NCBI GenBank assembly: GCA_963771465.1
Contig: CAVYTU010000014.1
Location: 1,088,001 to 1,152,000 of the forward strand
Length of the DNA: 64,000 nt
DNA from: an uncultured delta proteobacterium
GTDB lineage: Bacteria; Desulfobacterota; Binatia; UBA9968
Direction of reading: 5' to 3'
Within the stretch, counting starts at the first letter, position 1. Every line of letters begins with the position of its first letter. Positions 31,210-42,327 of this stretch are shown here, piece by piece. The position numbers and the translations under genes are program-made. The notes under the pieces are model-generated. The model was not told where the DNA came from. It worked only from the letters and a program-made list of their open reading frames with translations, and searched no databases.

Positions 31210-31949
31210 AGGACAATCCGGTCTGGCGCGAAAGCATCGAGGTTTTCTTTGTCGAGGGGCACGGCTATCAGGTTTATTTTTATCTGTTGATCATTCTCAC
31301 GCCGGTAGAATTTTTCTCGTTATATATTCCTTCCCTCGACGCCCAAATGTGGAGCGGTTCGGCGAGTCTGTTCAGAGTCACGGCGGTGAGCGCGCTGCTG
31401 TTGATCGTCTATTTTTCCTTGCGAGTGGCCAATCAGGAGTTTGCGCCGTGGCGGTTTCGGCCGATCAAACATTGGCTCGGCCAACAAGGTCAGCCCGCCG
31501 CCGCGGTGCGCCGCGGGCAACTATTTTTTCTTTTGGCCCATATCGGCCTCTCATTGCTGGTCTCGGCGCCGCTCTTGGTCTGGGCCGGCGCCGTGGCGCG
31601 CACACCGCTCACGAGCATCGCCGTGACCTTTCTGTTGCTCTCCTTTTACGCGCTGAGCTACGGTGTCTGGGGGCTCGCCTCGCTGGCGCTTTGGGAGCGT
31701 CGCGTGGAGAACCGGCAAGTTTTTATCCGTTGCTTTTTTACCTGCTTGGTGATTTTGTCGGCGTTGTTTTATCTGCCACTCAACCCGATCGCGTTTCTAC
31801 TGGCGTATCTCAGCCGGCAAGAGTTGGCACCGCTAACGATTTTCGGTTGGCAATGGCCGGCGCCCTATCTCCATTTCACTTTTCATCTCATGCTCGGCGC
31901 CTCAGGCTACGCCTTGCAACGTTGGGCGTTGCAAAGGGAGGCGTCATGA
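31206..31949 (+). CDS. Hypothetical multi-pass membrane protein
   Basis: About 6 TM helices; ATGA overlaps on both sides. Confidence 0.65.
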   Translation: MKDNPVWRESIEVFFVEGHGYQVYFYLLIILTPVEFFSLYIPSLDAQMWSGSASLFRVTAVSALLLIVYFSLRVANQEFAPWRFRPIKHWLGQQGQPAAAVRRGQLFFLLAHIGLSLLVSAPLLVWAGAVARTPLTSIAVTFLLLSFYALSYGVWGLASLALWERRVENRQVFIRCFFTCLVILSALFYLPLNPIAFLLAYLSRQELAPLTIFGWQWPAPYLHFTFHLMLGASGYALQRWALQREAS

Positions 31950-33376
31950 ACCCGCTGGCCGTCGCGCTCCAGGAGAAATTTGCCGCGTTACTTAGTTGGG
32001 AGCGGCGCAAGCGCAGCGAGCAGATACTGCTCACCCTTGCCGGAGTGGCGCTAGCCGTGACGATCGCGCTGATGCCGCTGAACGGCTATTTGCCGATGGA
32101 CGCGTTGCGCTGGCTGATGCCGGTGATCGTAGCGCTGGGGATCTCGCCGGTTATTTTCTACCGTCAACGCTGGCGCCCAAGAGATGTCACCCGCGCGCTG
32201 GCGCAGATCGACAAAGAACTTCAGCTTGACGAACGTGTGAGCACCGCTTGGGAATTGTCCGCGGCAGTCGATCAGAGCGCCACCGCTCAGTTAGTGATTA
32301 AACAAACGGAAGCCGGTTTGCGCGCAGTGCAACCGCGCGATTTGTTTCCACGTCAATGGCGTTGGCAAAGCTACGCCGCGTTGCCGTTGATGATTCTCTG
32401 GTTCGGTTTGCTGTGGTTTGATGCCGATCGCCCCGACTTGGCGCAGCAAAGTGTTAACGCGCCACGGACGCTGGCGCAGAAGCTGGGCGAATTTGCCCGT
32501 GACTTGCAAGAAAAAGCCAAGAGCGAAGGTTTGCCGGAAAGCTTTAAAGCGGGACAAGAGCTGGAAAAGGTTGCGCGCAAGAATATCGAGGCTAAAACCG
32601 GCGACGAGCAGCTCAAAAAAGAAGTTTCCGGCATGGCCAAAAAATTTGAATCCGCGGCAAAGACCGGCGCCGAGAAGAATTCCTTCACGGCCGGCGAATC
32701 CGAGCAGAGCTTACGGGATCTCAAGGCCGAGTTGGATGCAGCGCACGATCTGTTGGAGCTACCCGACGGCGTCAAAGGGAGCCAAGAATTGCCGCAACAG
32801 TGGATGGATCGCTTGGCTTCATTGCCACAGCTCAAGAAGCAATTGGACAAAGAGCAGCAAGCCGGGCCGGGCATGGGTCAAAATCAACTCAAGGCATTTC
32901 TCGACCGCATGAATCAGCAGGCGACCGGCGCCCTCGACCGGCGGGCGCTCATCGACGCGCAAAAATTTCTCGACCAGATGATGCAACAAGGACAAGGCCA
33001 GAAATCTGACAGCCAGACGCAGATGGCCGGCCGGGGCGAACCAGACGGCAGCGACGACGGCGCGCGCGAAAAAAATCACAGCAACTCGCCCGGCAAAGAG
33101 CCGGGGAAAAAAGACGACGGAGCCAATTCGTTGCCGGAGTTTCGCGGCGGCGCACAGACGCAAATCAAAGGATTGCTTGGCGCGGGCGAGAGCAGCGGCG
33201 TGGCTTTCAAGGGCAAGCCGCCGACCGGAAAAAGCGCGCTCAGTCAGCAAGCCGTGGTGGCCAACTATCGGCGCCAGGCTGAGCAGGAGCTGAATTCGGA
33301 ACGTGTTCCCGAAGCGTTGAAAGAGACGATACGGAATTATTTCTTGTCGCTGGAGAATAGTGAGCCAAGCAAGTGA
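31946..33376 (+). CDS. Membrane-anchored coiled-coil protein (MoxR operon)
   Basis: ATG 31946 after GGGAGG; LDERVSTAWE motif, Q/G-rich coiled coil, VPEALKETIRNYF tail. Confidence 0.7.
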   Translation: MNPLAVALQEKFAALLSWERRKRSEQILLTLAGVALAVTIALMPLNGYLPMDALRWLMPVIVALGISPVIFYRQRWRPRDVTRALAQIDKELQLDERVSTAWELSAAVDQSATAQLVIKQTEAGLRAVQPRDLFPRQWRWQSYAALPLMILWFGLLWFDADRPDLAQQSVNAPRTLAQKLGEFARDLQEKAKSEGLPESFKAGQELEKVARKNIEAKTGDEQLKKEVSGMAKKFESAAKTGAEKNSFTAGESEQSLRDLKAELDAAHDLLELPDGVKGSQELPQQWMDRLASLPQLKKQLDKEQQAGPGMGQNQLKAFLDRMNQQATGALDRRALIDAQKFLDQMMQQGQGQKSDSQTQMAGRGEPDGSDDGAREKNHSNSPGKEPGKKDDGANSLPEFRGGAQTQIKGLLGAGESSGVAFKGKPPTGKSALSQQAVVANYRRQAEQELNSERVPEALKETIRNYFLSLENSEPSK

Positions 33377-33397
33377 GTTGCCACAGGGAGTCCCATC

Positions 33398-34401
<1,004 letters not shown>

Positions 34402-34405
<4 letters not shown>

Positions 34406-35476
34406 CGATGGCTTTGGAGTCAAGGGTAGCGAGTCTCGAGTTGAGGTTCCAGCGCTTTGCGGCGCTATTGGCGAAGGTTGCTCGTCGCGCGCGTGGGAAG
34501 GGTTTTCGCTTCCCGCGCAGTGACAGGGACAGGCACGAAGAAAATCCACGCCTGGCTGTCTCCCAAGGCAAAACTCCAGACAGCCATCCGGAAACCTTCT
34601 TCGACACCGACTTTCTGCGCAAGCTCGAACGCTTGCACCTGATCGCCAAGCGGCTAAGTTGGGCCGGCGCCAAGGGCGAGCATGCGGTGTCGCGCAAGGG
34701 ATTTAGCTTAGAATTCTCCGATTACCGGCGCTATCAGCCGGGCGACGACCTGCGTTACGTCGATTGGAATATTTATCGCCGCCTCGATCGGCTGCTATTA
34801 AAGGTGTTCACCGCCGAAGAGGAGTTGAATATTTATCTGCTGGTCGATACCAGCCGATCGATGGCAGTGGGGGCCGAGGGCGCGCCGGTCAAAACTCGAC
34901 TACGCCAAGAAAGTCGCCGCGGCGTTGGGCTATATCGGGCTTAAAAACCTCGACCGCGTCGGCGGCGCGCCGTTTTCAACGGCGCTGCATAAGCCGCTGA
35001 CTCTCGGCCGCGGGCGAAAACAGATTCTCAGCATGTTCAGTTTTCTCAACCACCTGTCGTGCAGCGGCGAGACCAATTTGCGCGCGTCGATTCATGCCTT
35101 CACCAATCTGTTTCCCCATCCGGGATTTGTCGTGATCGTCAGCGACCTGTTCGATCCTGAAGGTTGGCGCCGAGCGTTGGAAGAGTTGACGGCGAAACGA
35201 TACCAGCCGCTAGTGATTCACATCGTCGATGAACAAGAGCTGCAACCCAAGGCCTGGGGTGATGTCGCCCTCATCGACGTCGAAGGCGGGCGCGAGCGGA
35301 AATTTTTTCTTGACGACGATTTAGTCCGGCGCTTCCAAGCGGAGCTGGCGAGTTATTTCAAGGATATCGAAACGGTGTGCGCCAGCCGGCGCATCGATTA
35401 CCTGCGCACGACGACGCAGGTGCCCTTCGACGAGTTCGTCTTGCAGACGCTGCGCCAGGTGAGCAGCGTGGCGTGA
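34402..35476 (+). pseudogene. DUF58 family protein, split by a +1 frameshift near 34865-34895
   Basis: The first frame has EFSDYRRYQPGDDLRYVDWN...VDTSRSM. The +1 frame continues SKLDYAKKVAAALGYIGL...VIVSDL. This is either a real lesion or a sequencing error; the start is uncertain. Confidence 0.75.
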
Positions 35477-35494
35477 ATCAATCCCGGCTCGATT

Positions 35495-38400
35495 ATGCTC
35501 TGGTCTTTGCCCTCCGCGCTTTTCCTGCTCGCCGCGGCGTTGCCGCTGATCTTGTTTCTCCATAGCCTCAAGCCGCGCGGCTTGAAGATCGCCACGACCA
35601 CGTTGTTTCTTTGGGACCGGGTCTTGCGCGAGCGGCCGCTGCATGCCCGCCTCGGTTGGCTCTTGCGCAAAAATCTTTTACTGATTCTGCAATTAATTGC
35701 GGCACTCGCGTTGATCGCGGCCCTGGCCGATCCATCGTTACTGCATTTCGGTGCACCGTCCGGCGATCTCGTCGTCGTGCTCGACCTGAGCGCGAGCATG
35801 AAGGCCAAGGGCAAAAGCGGTACGCGCTTCGACGCCGCGCGCCGAGAATTTCTCGCTTTAGTCGATGGCCTGGGCGCGCAACAAAAAATGCTCGTCATCG
35901 CCGCCAGCACGCAGCCGCGCCTGGTTGCGCCGTTTACTTCCGACCAACGCAAGCTTCGTGAGCTCGGCGCAAGTATCGAAGCGACCGATGCGCAGGGGCG
36001 GGTTAAAGACGCGATTCTTTTCGCCCACGGGTTTTTAAAACGCGCCAGCGCCGACCGCGTCATCGTTATCAGCGACGGCGCCTTCAGCGGCGCCGAAGAA
36101 TACGCCAAAGCGGCGGCGCATTTGAGCTTCATCAAGATTGACGGCGTCAGGGACGGGACCGGCAATATCGGCATCATCGGTTTCGAAGTGCGCCGCCAGC
36201 CCGATCGGCCGTCGTCAGCCGAGATCATGGTGCATGTTCGCAACTTCACTAAGCGGGCGATCAAGGTGCCGCTGGTCTTGAGCTTAGGTGAGAAAACGTT
36301 GCTGCGCGACGAGATTGAAATCGGTGCCGACGACCGGCGTGTATTAATCTATCCTTTCGACGGCAGCTTGACCGGCGCGCTGACCGCGCGACTGGAAATC
36401 GACGACGACTTCGCCACCGACAACCGCGCCTATCTCGCCGTCAACGACGCGCCGACCGTGCGCCTGCTCTACATCGGCCCGGGAAACCCTTATCTGAGTA
36501 ATCTCCTGCGGCTGTTCGCCAACGTTGAGGTGGTTGCAGCGGCGCGCTGGGAGGCCGAGCTCGTGCGCGCACAAAAGCCGTTTGACGTGGTCATCTTCGA
36601 TCGCGTCCCGGTGCCGGCATTGACCCAGGGCAATTTTATTTTGATCGACACCGTCGCGCCCAATCTGCCGATCCAACTCCAGGGGAAGATTCAAGCGCCG
36701 CGCGTGACCGCGCCGCTGGCGAAGCATGCGCTGACCGAAGGTTTGGGTCTCGGCGATTTGCGCGTGCACGAGGCGTTGCGCGTCGCCCTCGCTGGCGATG
36801 CGACGGCCCTAGCGCGGTCGGATGAAGGACCGCTGCTGGTCGCCATGGAACGCGGCAAGCTCCGTCTGCTGTTCATCGGCTTCGATCTTGCGGCCTCGGA
36901 CCTGCCGCTGCGCATCGCGTTTCCCGTGCTGATGCACAACGCGCTGGAATGGTTTCAGCCCCAGCGCGTGGAATTTCCCGCTCAGAGCGCCCAGGCGGGC
37001 ACACCCTTGGCGTTACGCTTCCCAGCCGGTGACGGCGCGCTGGAGATTACTTTGCCGTCGGGCAAAAGCGAAAGTTTCAGTAATACGGTAAATCCGTTTC
37101 TGTTCGCCGATACTTTCCATAGTGGCTTTTACGGCTTTAAAAGTGCCGGGCGCGCAGGTCGATTCGCAGTCAATCTCTTCGATGAAAACGAATCGAATAT
37201 CGCGCCGCGCCTAAGCGCGACGACAAAGGCCGCAGGGAGCAGCGAGAGTAGTGGTATCGTCGAGAACGCCTTCTCACTTTGGCCGTTTCTGCTCGGCGCC
37301 GTACTGCTGTTGCTAGGGTTGGAGTTATTTCTCGCGTTGCGCCAGAGCCTGGCGCTTTACCCAGTTCTGGTTCGCGGTACAGCGTTGGCCGCGCTCGCGT
37401 TGGCATTGTTCAACCCGCGGATTTTCAACTCAACCACGGCGCTCGATGTTATCTTCGGCGTCGATCTGTCGCGCAGCGTCGGCCAAGAAGGGCGCGAGAA
37501 AGCGCGCGATGTGCTCGAAGCCGCTGAGCGATTTCACAGTCCGATGACGCGTACCGGTCTGCTCGCTTTCGGCCAGGCGCCGGAGTGGGAGTTTTTGCCG
37601 CGTGAAAAGATCGGCGCCGCCGATTTCGGGGCGCGCTTGGCGCGCGATGAAACTGACATTCAAGCGGCGCTGCAAGCGGCGTTGGCGCAGATCGGCGAAG
37701 GGCGCCAGGGCAGAATTCTGTTGCTTTCCGACGGCAACGAGAATCGCGGCGAGACCGCACGGGTCGCGCCGCTGCTGCGCAGCCAAGGAGTGTCGGTGTG
37801 GACCTTGCCGGTGAGTTTATCGCGCGGCCGCAATGAGATTTATTTGAGCGACTTCACGTTGCCGCGCCAAGTCGACAGCGCCGAAGGGTTCGAGATACGC
37901 GCCGCCATCGAAAGCTGGCGCGATGCGCCGGCGCGGCTGCGCTTGCTGCGCGACGGTGTCGTGCGGATCGAGCAGGAGCTGCGCTTGAAAGCCGGCGCCA
38001 ATGCGCTCAGTTTTCGCGACAACCTGACCGAGCGCGGCAATCATAACTACGAGCTCTTGGTCGAGTCGGCCGACGACACGCTGGCGGAAAACAATTTCTT
38101 GCAGGGTGTCGTCGAAGTGAAGGGGCCGCCACGAGTGCTGTTGCTTTCGGCCCACGCGGAAAGCCAACGGGTGATCTCCGGCGTATTGCAGACCCAAGGC
38201 TACGCAGTGGTCGCGTCTACGCCCGAGCGCCATTCGTTGTCGATGGCAGAGCTTTCCGCCTTCGATCTCTTGGTGCTCGACAACGTGCCGGCGTTTCAAT
38301 TGTCCCACGCCAAGATGGAGAATATTGAAAAATACACGCGTGACTTGGGCGGCGGCTTGCTGGTCATCGGCGGCTCGCAAAGCTACGGCGCCGGCGGCTA

Positions 38401-39835
38401 TTTTCGCACGCCGCTGGAGCGCATTTTGCCCGTCGACATGCGCCCGCCGGCGCGCCTCGACATGCCCCATGTGGCGCTGCTTTTCGTCCTCGACAAGTCG
38501 GGCAGCATGGGCGCCGGCGGGGAAGGTAGCACCAAACTCGATCTTGCCAAGGCTGCCGCCATCGCCGCCGCCGACATCATGAACCCGACGGATCAAGTCG
38601 GTATTCTTGCGTTCGACGCCAACTGGGATTGGGCTTTGCCGTTTCGCCAGGTCGGCAAAGGCGAATGGATTTCCGAGAAGCTGGCTAATTTGCAATCCGA
38701 CGGCGGCACCGATCTCTACAAGGCGATGGTCGAAGCGCAGCGCGGCATCGCTGGGAAGCAAGCCGCGATCAAGCACGTGATCGTGCTCTCCGACGGACTG
38801 ACGGACAAGGCGGACTTTCAATCTTTGGTCAGTAAGATGGCGCGCGACGGCATCACCGTTTCTACCGTATCGGTGGGCAGTGACGCCGATGTTAAACTGA
38901 TGGCCGAGATCGCCAAAGAAGGCCGGGGACGCGGCTATGTAGCGCTCGATCCGCAGACGATTCCGCAGATTTTTACCACTGAGACTTTGCTGATATCGCG
39001 CGATCTGCTGATCGAAAAAACCGTGACGCCGACGATTGTGGCGCCGAGCGGGCCGCTTAAAGGCATTGCGCAAGCTAATTTGCCGCCACTGCGCGGCTAT
39101 GTTTTAACCTATCCCAAGCCGCGCTCGGAACTGCTCATGCGCGTGGATAAAGATCCACTGTTGGTCTCTTGGCGCTACGGACTCGGTCGGGTGATGGCAT
39201 TCACATCGGACTTGAGCGGCCGTTGGGGCAAAGATTGGGTCAGCTGGCGGAGCTTTCCTCAATGGGCGAGCCAGATCAGCCGCGACACGCTGAGAAAGGT
39301 TCTCGACTCCAAGGTGCGTGCGGAATTTAGCGCCGACGGCGAGTCGGTAAAGATAGTCACCGATCTGGCGGCGCGCGACGGCAAGTTTCTGAATCATCTG
39401 AAGCTGAAGGCCAATGTCACCGCGCCGGATCGCACGACGCACGAGCCGACGCTGCAACAAAGCGCGCCGGGACGTTACGAAGGACAGTTTACGCCGGCGG
39501 CCCGCGGCATTCATTTTGTCACGCTTTATGCCGAGGGCAACGCCAATGAGCCGCCCGTGGCGGTGGCGACCATTCCCTATATCGCGCCTTATCCCAAAGA
39601 GTACCGCGAGTTAAAACCCAACCTATCGCTACTGAGCCGGCTCGCCGAAGAAACCGGCGGGGAGATGCTCGATCCGGAAAAATTCACCGACGGCTTGAAA
39701 CGTCTATACACACCGACCGTTGGAAAAAGCACCCAAGGAAAAGACACCTGGTGGCCGCTGGCGGGCGCGTCGCTGTTTTTATTCCTCGCCGATCTGGTGC
39801 TGCGCAGTTGGCCGCGCAAAGCTATTTTGACCTGA
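35495..39835 (+). CDS. Large BatA/VWA/GATase-like multidomain membrane protein
   Basis: BatA-like N-terminus (LPLILFLHSLKPR), three MIDAS motifs (DLSAS, DLSRS, DKSGS), GGGLLVIGGSQSYGAGGY and a C-terminal TM. Confidence 0.85.
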   Translation: MLWSLPSALFLLAAALPLILFLHSLKPRGLKIATTTLFLWDRVLRERPLHARLGWLLRKNLLLILQLIAALALIAALADPSLLHFGAPSGDLVVVLDLSASMKAKGKSGTRFDAARREFLALVDGLGAQQKMLVIAASTQPRLVAPFTSDQRKLRELGASIEATDAQGRVKDAILFAHGFLKRASADRVIVISDGAFSGAEEYAKAAAHLSFIKIDGVRDGTGNIGIIGFEVRRQPDRPSSAEIMVHVRNFTKRAIKVPLVLSLGEKTLLRDEIEIGADDRRVLIYPFDGSLTGALTARLEIDDDFATDNRAYLAVNDAPTVRLLYIGPGNPYLSNLLRLFANVEVVAAARWEAELVRAQKPFDVVIFDRVPVPALTQGNFILIDTVAPNLPIQLQGKIQAPRVTAPLAKHALTEGLGLGDLRVHEALRVALAGDATALARSDEGPLLVAMERGKLRLLFIGFDLAASDLPLRIAFPVLMHNALEWFQPQRVEFPAQSAQAGTPLALRFPAGDGALEITLPSGKSESFSNTVNPFLFADTFHSGFYGFKSAGRAGRFAVNLFDENESNIAPRLSATTKAAGSSESSGIVENAFSLWPFLLGAVLLLLGLELFLALRQSLALYPVLVRGTALAALALALFNPRIFNSTTALDVIFGVDLSRSVGQEGREKARDVLEAAERFHSPMTRTGLLAFGQAPEWEFLPREKIGAADFGARLARDETDIQAALQAALAQIGEGRQGRILLLSDGNENRGETARVAPLLRSQGVSVWTLPVSLSRGRNEIYLSDFTLPRQVDSAEGFEIRAAIESWRDAPARLRLLRDGVVRIEQELRLKAGANALSFRDNLTERGNHNYELLVESADDTLAENNFLQGVVEVKGPPRVLLLSAHAESQRVISGVLQTQGYAVVASTPERHSLSMAELSAFDLLVLDNVPAFQLSHAKMENIEKYTRDLGGGLLVIGGSQSYGAGGYFRTPLERILPVDMRPPARLDMPHVALLFVLDKSGSMGAGGEGSTKLDLAKAAAIAAADIMNPTDQVGILAFDANWDWALPFRQVGKGEWISEKLANLQSDGGTDLYKAMVEAQRGIAGKQAAIKHVIVLSDGLTDKADFQSLVSKMARDGITVSTVSVGSDADVKLMAEIAKEGRGRGYVALDPQTIPQIFTTETLLISRDLLIEKTVTPTIVAPSGPLKGIAQANLPPLRGYVLTYPKPRSELLMRVDKDPLLVSWRYGLGRVMAFTSDLSGRWGKDWVSWRSFPQWASQISRDTLRKVLDSKVRAEFSADGESVKIVTDLAARDGKFLNHLKLKANVTAPDRTTHEPTLQQSAPGRYEGQFTPAARGIHFVTLYAEGNANEPPVAVATIPYIAPYPKEYRELKPNLSLLSRLAEETGGEMLDPEKFTDGLKRLYTPTVGKSTQGKDTWWPLAGASLFLFLADLVLRSWPRKAILT

Positions 39836-39852
39836 CGATGCGATTCCACCGC

Positions 39853-39906
39853 TTGTGATATGAGCGCTGGGTAGGTATTATTTACCCGACGATTGGTATG
39901 ACCAAT
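39853..39906 (+). promoter_or_regulatory. TA promoter with palindromic operator
   Basis: TTGTGA-17 nt-TATTAT; palindrome ATTGGT-ATG-ACCAAT (39892-39906) before the GGAGG RBS. Confidence 0.55.
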
Positions 39907-39917
39907 TGGAGGTAGTC

Positions 39918-40151
39918 ATGGCCCGAAAAGTTAAACTCACGCTCAGTTTAGACGAGGACGTCGTAGAGACCCTGGACTCTGTCAGCAAGCAAAGTAAGCA
40001 GCCTCGTAGCCGCGTGGTCCAAGATGCGATCCAGTTGTGGCAGCGCCGGCGGCTTCAGCAAGAACTGGCCGAAGGTTACCGCTCCATGAGCAAAGAAGAT
40101 CAGGAAACAGCGGAACAACGATTGGCTGCGTTTCGGGAGATTCTCGAATGA
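39918..40151 (+). CDS. Ribbon-helix-helix antitoxin (CopG/EndoAI-like)
   Basis: KLTLSLDEDVV...RSRVVQDAI and LAEGYRSM motifs; ATGA overlap with the toxin. Confidence 0.8.
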   Translation: MARKVKLTLSLDEDVVETLDSVSKQSKQPRSRVVQDAIQLWQRRRLQQELAEGYRSMSKEDQETAEQRLAAFREILE

Positions 40152-40492
40152 CCTCCCTGAGTCTGCGCCGCGGTGAGGTCTGGTTGGTGAATTTCAATCC
40201 CGGGCGAGGAAGCGAACAAAGAGGAATCCGACCGGCACTTGTCATTCAGAATGACACGGGAAATATCTACGCCTCCACGACGATCGTCGCTGCAATCACG
40301 ACTACGATTAAAGAATTCCCCATCACGGTTGTATTAGCGGTGGGTGACGGAGGGCTTCGGCAGCGATCGATGGTGAATACCGGACAGATACTGACCATCG
40401 ATAAAGCGCGTCTACAAAAACGGTTAGGCCGATTGAGCGATTCCAATATGCGTAGAGTAGAAACGGCGATTCGCGTGAGCCTCGATATCTGA
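40148..40492 (+). CDS. mazF: PemK/MazF family endoribonuclease toxin
   Basis: RRGEVWLVNFNPGRGSEQRGIRPALVIQND and QILTIDKARL motifs. Confidence 0.92.
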   Translation: MTSLSLRRGEVWLVNFNPGRGSEQRGIRPALVIQNDTGNIYASTTIVAAITTTIKEFPITVVLAVGDGGLRQRSMVNTGQILTIDKARLQKRLGRLSDSNMRRVETAIRVSLDI

Positions 40493-40584
40493 TAAACATT
40501 TATCGGTGCGTTCCGATGGCCAACGAAACAGAACTTGCGAGGCGCGCAACTCAATTTCAATAAGGAAGCTAGGTAGATTAACTC

Positions 40585-41589
40585 ATGAGAAGAGCATTTG
40601 CTTCGGCATTATTTTTATTTGTTTTATTGCCTTTTTTTAGGTCTGAGGCGCAGCCACTGCAACGCGTGCGCGTTGCGTTGTCGACGCCGACGCCGCATAT
40701 GGCGCCGCTCTGGGTGGCCAAGGATAAAAAGTTTTTCGAAAGGCATGGTCTCGATGTCCAGCTCATTCTGGTCAACAGCGGTTCGCTGGTGGCGCAGATG
40801 TTTGCCGCGGGTGAGTTGCAGATTACCGCCAATGCGCCGGCCTCGCTGGTCAATCTGGTCGCCGGCGGCGAGCGGATTGCGTTTTTCCTCGGTCTCAGCA
40901 ACACGACGCCATTCTCGGTGATCACCCAGCCGAACATTCGCCGGGCCGAGGATTTAAAAGGCAAGAAGATCGGCACGGCGCGCTTCGGCGGCTCATCGCA
41001 TATTTCCGCGCTGATCGCGCTGGAGCATTTGGGACTGGACTTGAAACGCGACAGGATTACGTTGATTCAAACCGGCGTCGATCCCGACCGCATGGCGGCG
41101 CTTGACGCCAAAGCGATCGATGCCGGCATGCTGCAGCGGGTTGCGACCAAAGTCATGACCGCCAAAGGATTTAACAATTTGCTCAACATGCACGCGGCGA
41201 AGGTGCAGTATCAGAACACCGGTCTGGCGATGAAACGGGATTACGCCGCGGCCAATCCCAAGGCGATCGACGGCCTCACCCGCGCCATGATCGAGGCTTA
41301 CGGTTTCATCTTTCACAAAGACAACAAGCAATCCGTGAAGGAAGTCATCGCGCGCAATCTCCGCCTGCCGAAACTCGAAGCGGCGGAAGATTTTTATTTG
41401 GAAGCGCTCGAAGAGCTCGACCGCAAGCCCTATCCGACGCTCGAAGGTATGCGCATCGTAATCAAGTACGTCGCCGAGCAAAACCCAAAAGCCGCCGGCA
41501 TGAAAGCCGAAGAGATCGTCGATCAAAGCTGGTTGAAGCGGCTCGACGGCGAAGGGTTTTTTGACAAAGTTTACGGCGGGAAGTTCTAA
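40585..41589 (+). CDS. ABC transporter substrate-binding protein (NMT1/SsuA-like), orphan
   Basis: Signal peptide; PLWVAKDKKFFERHGLDV, DLKGKKIG and YPTLEG motifs. Confidence 0.85.
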   Translation: MRRAFASALFLFVLLPFFRSEAQPLQRVRVALSTPTPHMAPLWVAKDKKFFERHGLDVQLILVNSGSLVAQMFAAGELQITANAPASLVNLVAGGERIAFFLGLSNTTPFSVITQPNIRRAEDLKGKKIGTARFGGSSHISALIALEHLGLDLKRDRITLIQTGVDPDRMAALDAKAIDAGMLQRVATKVMTAKGFNNLLNMHAAKVQYQNTGLAMKRDYAAANPKAIDGLTRAMIEAYGFIFHKDNKQSVKEVIARNLRLPKLEAAEDFYLEALEELDRKPYPTLEGMRIVIKYVAEQNPKAAGMKAEEIVDQSWLKRLDGEGFFDKVYGGKF

Positions 41590-41636
41590 CCGCTGATTGC
41601 CTCACGTTACATTTCGCACCGTCCATTCAATGCATT

Positions 41637-41667
41637 CCGCCGCGGAGTCTTGCGGCGGCGAGTTTTG
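41637..41667 (+). terminator. Possible intrinsic terminator
   Basis: CCGCCGCGG-AGTC-TTGCGGCGG followed shortly by TTTT. Confidence 0.4.
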
Positions 41668-41923
41668 GTTGCTTACCAAGACCAGAGACAGGCACGGGCA
41701 GCGGCCGTCCTACCGCTCAGTTTCTTTAATTTTTTCGCAGCGCTGCGTGTCGAATTAGGGTATAATCGATGGCGTGGTGAGTGACTTGATGAATACTTTT
41801 GCATCCGAGGAACGTCTAATAGGTAAGAGGATTAAAACTTTGAACAATGGTCCGATAGTTACGATTAAGAAACGCCGTAGCGGCGAGAGTAGCGCAGCTA
41901 AGGTTAACTCCGAAGAGGTGACG

Positions 41924-42118
41924 ATGAAACCGGGAGATGGTTTGAAAACTACTAAACCGATTCGCTCGCAGAAAACCGGCACTCTATTGCCGCGCGAAGG
42001 AACCTTTGTCCGTGCCGTCGAAAACATGGGACGGCAGCTGATTCTGGTTAACTTCGGCACGGCGGGAGAAGAATATCTCTTCCCCGATGAGATTGTGCTG
42101 CAACCTGCCAAGGGCTAA
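41924..42118 (+). CDS. Small hypothetical protein (64 aa, possibly SH3-like beta barrel)
   Basis: GAGGTG RBS before ATG 41924; MKPGD...EGTFVRAVENMGRQLILVNF...EYLFPDEI. Confidence 0.6.
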   Translation: MKPGDGLKTTKPIRSQKTGTLLPREGTFVRAVENMGRQLILVNFGTAGEEYLFPDEIVLQPAKG

Positions 42119-42327
42119 AACTTCTTTCACTGCGACGGCACGAAGAACTCGTACGTCGTAAGGATTAGCCTGCTAATCCTTCACCCAGCGAAGTATCCTA
42201 CGCTTGCGCGTGTATCGTCTTTTTGTCCTAGGTTCCCGCTGTTGGGGGGCGCAACCTGCCTGCCGCAAGCTTTGGCATCATCCTGCGAGATTTGATAGAA
42301 GCAATGACATTAGCCGGGAGGTATGTC

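Noticed and set aside
31349-31945. N-terminal 199 aa of the 675-aa ORF
   Set aside because: It overlaps the 31206-31949 membrane gene; an RBS and ATGA coupling support a start at 31946
37817-39073. 418-aa antisense ORF and many other long shadow ORFs (e.g. 35398-36264, 26567-27265, 62111-62782)
   Set aside because: They lie opposite well-supported genes in GC-rich DNA and have no family motifs
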